Shown here: one piece after another, positions 57,272 through 64,000 of the stretch
How positions within the stretch are numbered: position 1 is the stretch's first letter
Layout: every line of letters begins with the position of its first letter
DNA from: Actinomycetota bacterium
GTDB lineage: Bacteria > Actinomycetota > Actinomycetes > Propionibacteriales > Nocardioidaceae
NCBI GenBank assembly: GCA_036341255.1
Contig: JAYYWX010000107.1
Location: forward strand, 15,320 to 79,319
DNA: 64,000 nt
Direction: 5' to 3'
Made by a program: the position numbers and the translations under genes
Notes under the pieces: generated by a model
Told to the model about the DNA's origin: nothing
The model's input: only the letters and a program-made list of their open reading frames with translations
Database searches by the model: none

Positions 57272-57370
57272 GAGCGGCAGTTTCACCACCCGTCTGACGA
57301 AACTGCCGGTTGTCGACCGGAGTTCCGGTCGACAGGTGCCGGTTTCACCACCCGGGTGGCGAAACCGCTC
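57272..57370. repeat. BIME/REP-like palindromic cluster
   Basis: Two GTTTCACCACCCG..TG.CGAAAC hairpins (57275-57308, 57340-57367) flanking TGTCGACCGG-AGTT-CCGGTCGACA (57311-57334). Confidence 0.85.
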
Positions 57371-57376
57371 CGCCCC

Positions 57377-58453
57377 TCACCAGCCCGGGTGCTGACCCAC
57401 CAGCTCGACGGCACCCGGACGGCCGGTGGCGGGCGCGACCCGGCCGGCGGGCCAGGCATGGACGCCGTATCCGGCCAGCAGGGCGACGGCGGCGTCGACC
57501 TGGTCGGCGGGCAGCAGGGCGACCATGCCGACCCCGCAGTTCAACGTGGCCTCCAGGTCGGCCTGCGAGACGTCGCCGACACGGCGGACGAGGTCGAAGA
57601 CCGGCTCCGGGGTCCAGGTGCCGCGCTCGATGGTCGCGGAGAGCTCCTCGGGCATCACGCGCTCGAGGTTGGCCGCCAGGCCACCGCCGGTGACGTGGGA
57701 CATCGCGTGCACGGTGGTGCTGCGAGCGAGGTCCAGGCAGGCCTTGGCGTAGATCCGGGTGGGCGTCAGCAGGGTCTCGCCCAGCGGCCCACCGAGCTCG
57801 TCGACGTGGCGGTCCAGCTCCCACTTGGCGGTGTTGAGCAGCACGTGGCGCACCAGCGAGTAGCCGTTGGAGTGCAGGCCCGAGGAGGCCATGGCGAGCA
57901 CCACGTCGTCGGGTCGCACCCGCGCCGGGCCGAGCAGGTCGTCGGCCTCGACCACGCCCGTGGTGGCGCCGGCGACGTCGTACTCGTCGGGGGCCAGCAG
58001 GCCGGGGTGCTCGGCGGTCTCGCCGCCGACCAGCGCGCAGCCGGCCTCGACGCACGCCTCGGCGATGCCCTTGACGATCGCGGCGATCCGCTCGGGGACG
58101 ACCCGGCCGGTGGCGATGTAGTCGGTCATGAACAGCGGCTCGGCACCGCAGACCACGAGGTCGTCGACGACCATCCCGACCAGGTCGTAGCCGATGGTGT
58201 CGTGGACGTCCATCGCCTGCGCGATGGCGACCTTGGTGCCGACGCCGTCGGTGGAGGTGGCCAGCAGCGGGCGCTTGTACGCCGTGAGCGCGCTGGCGTC
58301 GAAGAGACCCGCGAAGCCGCCCAGGCCGCCGATCATCTCGGGGCGCTTGGCCTTCTCGACCCAGACCTTCATCAGCTCGATGGCCTTGTCGGCCGCCTCG
58401 ATGCTGACGCCGGCCTCGGCGTAGGCGTTGCCGGCGCTGGTGCTGTCGCTCAC
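57377..58453 (-). CDS. purM: Phosphoribosylformylglycinamidine cyclo-ligase
   Basis: YAEAGV, GGFAGLF, TDGVGTK, GGETAEHPG, SSGLHSNGYSL, HVTGGG. Confidence 0.97.
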   Translation of the reverse strand: MSDSTSAGNAYAEAGVSIEAADKAIELMKVWVEKAKRPEMIGGLGGFAGLFDASALTAYKRPLLATSTDGVGTKVAIAQAMDVHDTIGYDLVGMVVDDLVVCGAEPLFMTDYIATGRVVPERIAAIVKGIAEACVEAGCALVGGETAEHPGLLAPDEYDVAGATTGVVEADDLLGPARVRPDDVVLAMASSGLHSNGYSLVRHVLLNTAKWELDRHVDELGGPLGETLLTPTRIYAKACLDLARSTTVHAMSHVTGGGLAANLERVMPEELSATIERGTWTPEPVFDLVRRVGDVSQADLEATLNCGVGMVALLPADQVDAAVALLAGYGVHAWPAGRVAPATGRPGAVELVGQHPGW

Positions 58454-58481
58454 GGGACTCCTGTCGGGGTCAGGGGGTGTC

Positions 58482-60035
58482 TCAGGGGTTGTTGAGGACC
58501 GGGAGCGCCCGGCCCATCGTCGGCGAGCTCAGCGTGGCCTCGAGGAGGTGCTTGCCGAGCAGGGACTCGTCGGGCAGCTCCACGGGGTACTCACCGGTGA
58601 AGCAGGCGGTGCACAGGGCGGACCGCTGCTGGCCGGTCGACTCGATCATCCCCTCCAGGGAGATGTAGCCCAGGCTGTCGGCGCCGACGCTCGCAGCGAT
58701 CTCCTCGACGTCGAGGCCGTTGGCGATCAGCTCGGCGCGGGTGGCGAAGTCGATGCCGTAGAAGCACGGCCACTTCACCGGCGGGCTGGAGATGCGCACG
58801 TGCACCTCCAGGGCGCCCGCCTCGCGGAGCATGCGGATCTGGGCGCGCTGGGTGTTGCCCCGCACGATCGAGTCGTCCACGACGACCAGCCGCTTGCCGC
58901 GCACCATGTGCTCGAGCGCGTTGAGCTTGAGCCGCAGGCCGAGCTGCCGCAGGGTCTGGCTGGGCTGGATGAAGGTGCGCCCGACGTAGGCGTTCTTCAC
59001 GAAGCCCTGGCCGAAGGGGATGCCGGACTCCTCGGCGTAGCCGGCCGCGGCCGGGGTGCCGGACTCGGGCACCGGCATCACCAGGTCGGCCTCGACGGGG
59101 AACTCGCGGGCCAGCTGCCGGCCCATCTCCACGCGCGCCTGGTGGACGCTGCGGGCGGCGATGGTGGCGTCGGGGCGGGCGAGGTAGACGTACTCGAAGA
59201 CGCAGCCCTTCGGCTCCGGCTCGGCGAAGTGGTGCGAGCGCAGGCCGTTCTCGTCGATGACGAGCATCTCGCCGGGCTCGACCTCGCGCACGACCGAGGC
59301 ACCGATGGTCTTCAGCGCCGCGTCCTCGGACGCCACGACCCAGCCCCGGTCGAGCCGGCCGAGGACCAGCGGGCGGATGCCCTGGGGGTCGCGGGCGGCG
59401 TACAGGGTGTCCTCGTTCATCCACACGAAGCAGAAGGCGCCGCGCAGCATCGGCAGCACCTCCAGCGCGCGCTCCTCCAGCCCCTGGTCGGGGTGGTGGG
59501 CCATCAGCGCGGTGACCAGGCTGGTGTCGTTGGTCGCGGTCTCCCCCGGACGCTGGGCCAGGTCGAGCTCGCCCTCGGGCCCGGGGAGCGCAGCGACGGC
59601 CTCGCGCAGCTCGTGGGTGTTGATCAGGTTGCCGTTGTGGCCCAGTGCGATCGAGCCGTCCGGCGTCGGCCGGAAGGTCGGCTGGGCGTTGTGCCAGGTG
59701 CTGGCACCGGTCGTGGAGTAGCGCGAGTGACCGATCGCCAAGTGGCCCTTGAGGGAGTCCAGCGTGGTCTCGTCGAAGACCTGGGAGACCAGGCCCATGT
59801 CCTTGTAGACCAGGATCTGGCGGCCGTTGCTCACCGCGATCCCGGCCGACTCCTGGCCGCGGTGCTGGAGCGCGTAGAGACCGAAGTAGGTCAGCTTCGC
59901 GACGTCCTCACCGGGCGCCCAGACGCCGAAGACGCCGCAGGCGTCCTGGGGTCCCTGGTCCTGGGGGTCCAGCGCGTCCGTCAGACGTCCGTCGCCGCCC
60001 CTGCGGGCACTGTGGCCACTGCTCTGGAAGGGCAC
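58482..60035 (-). CDS. purF: Amidophosphoribosyltransferase
   Basis: Propeptide then CGVFG; LQHRGQESAG, GHSRYSTTG, VDDSIVRGNT, PCFYGID, CTACF. Confidence 0.97.
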   Translation of the reverse strand: MPFQSSGHSARRGGDGRLTDALDPQDQGPQDACGVFGVWAPGEDVAKLTYFGLYALQHRGQESAGIAVSNGRQILVYKDMGLVSQVFDETTLDSLKGHLAIGHSRYSTTGASTWHNAQPTFRPTPDGSIALGHNGNLINTHELREAVAALPGPEGELDLAQRPGETATNDTSLVTALMAHHPDQGLEERALEVLPMLRGAFCFVWMNEDTLYAARDPQGIRPLVLGRLDRGWVVASEDAALKTIGASVVREVEPGEMLVIDENGLRSHHFAEPEPKGCVFEYVYLARPDATIAARSVHQARVEMGRQLAREFPVEADLVMPVPESGTPAAAGYAEESGIPFGQGFVKNAYVGRTFIQPSQTLRQLGLRLKLNALEHMVRGKRLVVVDDSIVRGNTQRAQIRMLREAGALEVHVRISSPPVKWPCFYGIDFATRAELIANGLDVEEIAASVGADSLGYISLEGMIESTGQQRSALCTACFTGEYPVELPDESLLGKHLLEATLSSPTMGRALPVLNNP

Positions 60036-60248
60036 GGGCGGGATTCTACGGGCCGCTCGCCCCCGTCACCCACTCACGGGCCAACTCCCCGACCCCGTCC
60101 ACCGTTCGGCCGGCCGGTCCCCCCCGGACGGGCGTACGCCGGGGGCCGAACGGCCCCATCCCCGGCAAACCCCCTCCTGCATCCGCGAATTTTGCCTATC
60201 CTGCCGGAACCGCTGCACCACCGCCTTCCCGATCGGACCCCCGTCCGC

Positions 60249-62051
60249 GTGACAGAACCCGCCGTGCACCTCGTCGTGCCGACCGACACCACGGCCCCTC
60301 CCCGGGCCGTCGTCGAGGGGACCCCTGGCGCCGACCTGGTGCCCGACCTGTTCCGGCACGCCGACCTGCGCGAGACCCTGAGATCGATCACCGACGGGGT
60401 CGCCAGCGCCGCCGGGTTCCGCCTCTCGGCGGTCAGCGTCTTCCGCAACAGCGACGAGCTGGAGTTCCTGGTCGTCAGCGGCGACGAGGAGGCCCAGGCC
60501 GAGCTGGACGGCGACGTCACGCCCCGCGAGATCGTGGACCAGTGGATCCGGGAGTCCGAGGACTGGGGGCGGCTGCGGTTCCTCCCGCACGACCGGACGC
60601 TCCGGCTCGCCGAGCACGTCTGGGTCGGCGAGGACTCCGTGGTCGACCACCCGGAGGCCTGGCAGCCCTACGACATGCTCTTCGCGCCGCTGCACGACCG
60701 CGACGGGCAGCTGCAGGGCATCTTGTGGGTGGACCTGCCCCTGGACGGGTTGCGACCGGGGCCCGACAAGCGTCGCAGCATCGAGACGTACGCGCGGCAG
60801 GCCAGCGAGGCGGTGCTCGTCGCCATCGAGCGCAGCCGGCTCTCCGAGCAGGTGCGCCTCGCGGCGGCCGCGCGCCGCGTCGTACGCGATGCGACGGCGC
60901 AGCTGGACCTCGACCACCTGCTCGAGGCGACCGTCAGGGCGGCGCGTGAGGGCTTCGGCGTCGACGACGTCCGCGTGCTGCTGGACGAGAACGAGGACGT
61001 CGACGCGCTCGACGGGCTGTCGGCGCTGGCGCGCTCCCTGGCCCAGGCCTGCTGGACCCGGCAGCGTGCCCTGGTCGTCTCGCCGCAGCGCACGGCGCCG
61101 GGACTGCTGTCCGCGCAGGAGCACGCCGCCCTGATCGACGGCCTGCGGGACAAGGGCGACACGTCGCTGCTGCTGGTCCCGCTCGGGGCCGGACCGGAGT
61201 GCCTCGGGCGGGTGCTGATGTTCCGCCGCGACCGCGGCGACTGGTCCGACGAGGAGGCCGACGCCGCCCTCGACATGGGTCACGACCTGGGACGCGCGGT
61301 GCTCAACGCCCGCAGCTTCGCTCGCGAGCAGCACGCAGCCGTCTACACCCAGCAGCTCATCGCCACGATGGCCCACGAGCTGCAGAACCCGTTGGCGGCC
61401 GCGCGCGGCTACGCCTCCATCCTCGAGGACGTCCTCGACGAGCTCGGCGTCGACGACCCCGACGCGGAGAAGAGCCTGCGCGGACTCGATCGCGCCGGCG
61501 GTCGACTGGTCGACATCGTGACCGACCTGCTCGCGCTCGCGCGGGCCACCGAGGAGGTCGATCCCACCGCCTGCGACCCCGTCGACATCGCCGAGGTCGT
61601 GCGGGACAGCGTCGAGATCGTGTCGGTGCAGGCCGCACCCCGCGGCATCGCCGTCGTCATGGACGTCCCCGACCGACCGCTGCTGGTGCGTGGGGAACCC
61701 GGCGACCTGGAGCGGGTGGCCTCGAACCTCGTCGGCAACGCCGTGAAGTACTCCCCGGACGGCACCAGCGTGCGCGTCTCACTGGCCGAGGACCCGCACT
61801 CCGGGCAGCACGGCGAGGTGGTGCTGCGGGTCGCCGACCAGGGGATCGGGATCTCCGCGGCCGACCAGGAGCGGCTCTTCGAGGAGTTCTTCCGCAGCGA
61901 GGATCCCGAGGCGGTCCGCCAGCCCGGCACCGGCCTGGGCCTGGCGATCGTGAAGCGGGTCGTGGACCGGCACCGCGGGACCATCAGCGTGCGCTCGGCC
62001 CCCCGCGAAGGCAGCACCTTCACGGTCCGCCTGCCCCGCGCCGACGCCTGA
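60249..62051 (+). CDS. Cytoplasmic GAF-GAF sensor histidine kinase
   Basis: AHELQNPL, NLVGNAVKYS, DQGIGI, GTGLGL; start approximate. Confidence 0.9.
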   Translation: MTEPAVHLVVPTDTTAPPRAVVEGTPGADLVPDLFRHADLRETLRSITDGVASAAGFRLSAVSVFRNSDELEFLVVSGDEEAQAELDGDVTPREIVDQWIRESEDWGRLRFLPHDRTLRLAEHVWVGEDSVVDHPEAWQPYDMLFAPLHDRDGQLQGILWVDLPLDGLRPGPDKRRSIETYARQASEAVLVAIERSRLSEQVRLAAAARRVVRDATAQLDLDHLLEATVRAAREGFGVDDVRVLLDENEDVDALDGLSALARSLAQACWTRQRALVVSPQRTAPGLLSAQEHAALIDGLRDKGDTSLLLVPLGAGPECLGRVLMFRRDRGDWSDEEADAALDMGHDLGRAVLNARSFAREQHAAVYTQQLIATMAHELQNPLAAARGYASILEDVLDELGVDDPDAEKSLRGLDRAGGRLVDIVTDLLALARATEEVDPTACDPVDIAEVVRDSVEIVSVQAAPRGIAVVMDVPDRPLLVRGEPGDLERVASNLVGNAVKYSPDGTSVRVSLAEDPHSGQHGEVVLRVADQGIGISAADQERLFEEFFRSEDPEAVRQPGTGLGLAIVKRVVDRHRGTISVRSAPREGSTFTVRLPRADA

Positions 62052-62087
62052 GCGCTGCGCCGGCGACGGGGCGACGTACGCCGTCCC

Positions 62088-62564
62088 TCACATCTTGCGC
62101 GCGCCCTGGCGCACCGCCTCACGGATGCGCGTGTAGGTGCCGCACCGGCAGATGTTGCGGATGCCGTCGAGGTCGGACTCGGTGATCGTGCCGCCCTCGC
62201 GCTGCACCTTCCGCACCAGCGCCACCGCGGCCATGATCTGGCCGGGCTGGCAGTAGCCGCACTGCGGCACGTCGCGGTCGATCCAGGCCTCCTGCATCGG
62301 GTGCAGGTCGCCCTTCACGGTGTCGGCGAGGCCCTCGATGGTGGTGATCTCGTCGTCCGGCTCGAGGTCACCCACCTTCACCGAGCAGGGGTTGAAGGCC
62401 TTGCCGTTGATGTGGGACGTGCACGCCTTGCACACGTTGATCCCGCAGCCGTACTTCGGGCCGGTCACGCCGAGCAGGTCACGCAGGACCCACAGGACGC
62501 GCTCGCTGTCGGCGACCTTGACGGTCACGCGCTCGCCGTTGAGGACGAAGGTCTGCTTGGGCAT
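62088..62564 (-). CDS. (2Fe-2S) small subunit, isoquinoline 1-oxidoreductase alpha-like
   Basis: [28 protein letters not shown]. Confidence 0.93.
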   Translation of the reverse strand: MPKQTFVLNGERVTVKVADSERVLWVLRDLLGVTGPKYGCGINVCKACTSHINGKAFNPCSVKVGDLEPDDEITTIEGLADTVKGDLHPMQEAWIDRDVPQCGYCQPGQIMAAVALVRKVQREGGTITESDLDGIRNICRCGTYTRIREAVRQGARKM

Positions 62565-62575
62565 CGGTCTTCTCC

Positions 62576-64000
62576 TCAGTAGGTGAACTTCAGGCCGTTG
62601 GTCGGCGACTTCGGCACAGGGGGGATGAACGACTTGGGTCGGAACGAGACCGTGTCGTGGTTGATCGGGAAGCGGGTGGGGACCTCGCCGGTCGCCCGGG
62701 CGTAGGCACAGGCCACCGCGGCGGCCGAGGAGCCGACCGCCGCCTCGCCGGCACCGCCGGGCTGGTCGACGTCGGGGTCCATCACGATGACCTCCATCTC
62801 CTGGGGGACGTTCCACTGCCGGGTGTAGAAGTAGTTGTCCCAGCTGGCCTCCAGGAAGCGACCGTCCTCGAGGTGGCAGCTGCTGGTCAGCGTGAGCGCC
62901 AGCCCGTCCATGAAGCCGCCCTGCATCTGGGCCTCGAGCCCGATCGGGTTGATGACCAGGCCGGCATCGACGGCGATCACCGCCTTGGTGACGCGCGGTC
63001 CGGTGACGGCGTTGCGGACCCTGCGGTTCACGGTGCTCGGGCGGCAGTCGATCTCCACGAGGACGGCCGTGCAGCCCTTGTACTCCTTGTGGACCGCGAT
63101 CCCCTGGGCAGTGCCCTTCGGCATCTTCCGGCCCCAGTTCCCCCGCTTCGCGACCGCCTCGATCGCGGCACGGACCCGGTCGTTGCGGCAGAGCTCCAAC
63201 CTGAGCTCGAGCGGGTCCTTGCCCATCCGGCGGGCCAGCTCGTCCATGGTCAGCTCGGCGGCGACGCACACGTCGGGGCTGTAGATGTTGCGCATGCTGC
63301 CGGTGCTGAAGCGCTGGTCGGTCTCGTTGAGCAGCTGCGTGACCGCGCCGAGGTTGTAGGGCAGCTCCTGGGTGAGGGTGAAGATCGTCTGGGAGAAGCC
63401 CAGACCGCCGAGGTAGCGACCCACCTCGGTCGGTGCCTCGTCGATCGTCGAGGTGATGATCTCGCCGAGCCCGTGGCTGAAGTCGGTCACGACGCTGGTG
63501 TGGCGCTGCTCGAAGGAGAGCACCTGCCCGGCCAGCATCGTCGCGCGCACGCGGGAGGTGCACATCGGGTGCATCCGGCCCTGCCGCGGCTCGTCGGCGC
63601 GGTGCCACATCAGCTTGACCGGCTTGCCCATCGCCTGGGAGATCTGGGCCGCCTCGATGGCGTGGTCGCTGAACAGCTTGTGCCCGAAGGAGCCGCCTCC
63701 GGTCACCACGTTGACCTTGACCTGGTCCTGGGTCATGCCCAGCTCGGCCGCGATGTTCTGCTGGGCGAGGATCGGGACCTTCAGGCCGGCCCAGATCTCT
63801 GCACGGTCCTCGCGCACGTCGGCGATCGCCGCGAACGGCTCGAGGGCGGCGCTGCTGCGGAACATGAACTCGAAGCCCAGGTCCACCTGCTCGGCCAGGA
63901 TCGGCACGTCGGGCACGGCCATCGGCAGCTCCGCCGCACGCAGGCCCTCGAGGATCGACTCGTCGTTCTCGCCGGCGAGGTCGCCGAGGTCCCACTCCAC
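62576..64000 (-). CDS. Molybdopterin-binding large subunit, isoquinoline 1-oxidoreductase beta-like (5' part outside window)
   Basis: GGGSFG, DAGLVINP, AQMQGG, PGGAGE; adjacent to the 2Fe-2S subunit. Confidence 0.9.
   Translation of the reverse strand: MEWDLGDLAGENDESILEGLRAAELPMAVPDVPILAEQVDLGFEFMFRSSAALEPFAAIADVREDRAEIWAGLKVPILAQQNIAAELGMTQDQVKVNVVTGGGSFGHKLFSDHAIEAAQISQAMGKPVKLMWHRADEPRQGRMHPMCTSRVRATMLAGQVLSFEQRHTSVVTDFSHGLGEIITSTIDEAPTEVGRYLGGLGFSQTIFTLTQELPYNLGAVTQLLNETDQRFSTGSMRNIYSPDVCVAAELTMDELARRMGKDPLELRLELCRNDRVRAAIEAVAKRGNWGRKMPKGTAQGIAVHKEYKGCTAVLVEIDCRPSTVNRRVRNAVTGPRVTKAVIAVDAGLVINPIGLEAQMQGGFMDGLALTLTSSCHLEDGRFLEASWDNYFYTRQWNVPQEMEVIVMDPDVDQPGGAGEAAVGSSAAAVACAYARATGEVPTRFPINHDTVSFRPKSFIPPVPKSPTNGLKFTY

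Noticed and set aside
58428-60248. N-terminal extension of the 1207-aa ORF, suggesting a giant kinase
   Set aside because: Antisense to purF; the real kinase begins near 60249.

Overview
This is a very GC-rich actinobacterial chromosomal segment; gene content and order are most consistent with Nocardioides or a relative (inference, not database-confirmed). About 50 CDS are supportable. They include ppa, an acyl-CoA oxidase-like gene, a TPP-riboswitch thiamine ABC operon, a Rv0926c/Rv0927c-like pair and a flavin oxidoreductase each with a KstR-like operator, MarR-icmF, a signalling cluster (Ser/Thr kinase, adenylate cyclase, SigB/F-type sigma, CarH/LitR-like and atypical LuxR regulators), an Fe3+ ABC operon and an adenylation-carrier-acyltransferase fusion each with an IdeR/DtxR-like box, ppsR-ppsA, an orphan type VII-substrate-like pair, three sensor kinases, a Leu/Val dehydrogenase, purM-purF and iorAB-like genes. 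No rRNA, tRNA, CRISPR array or classical transposase was recognised. The most striking object is at 1647-2925. There an orphan AbiEi-HTH/Vsr-like nuclease gene is enclosed by ~80-bp structured inverted repeats, with an 8-bp direct repeat outside them, and sits exactly between two convergent stop codons. It is a candidate nuclease-driven REP/REPIN-like mobile element, and three gene-less palindromic clusters elsewhere in the window may be related. Protein calls come from motifs read by eye; start codons are best guesses.
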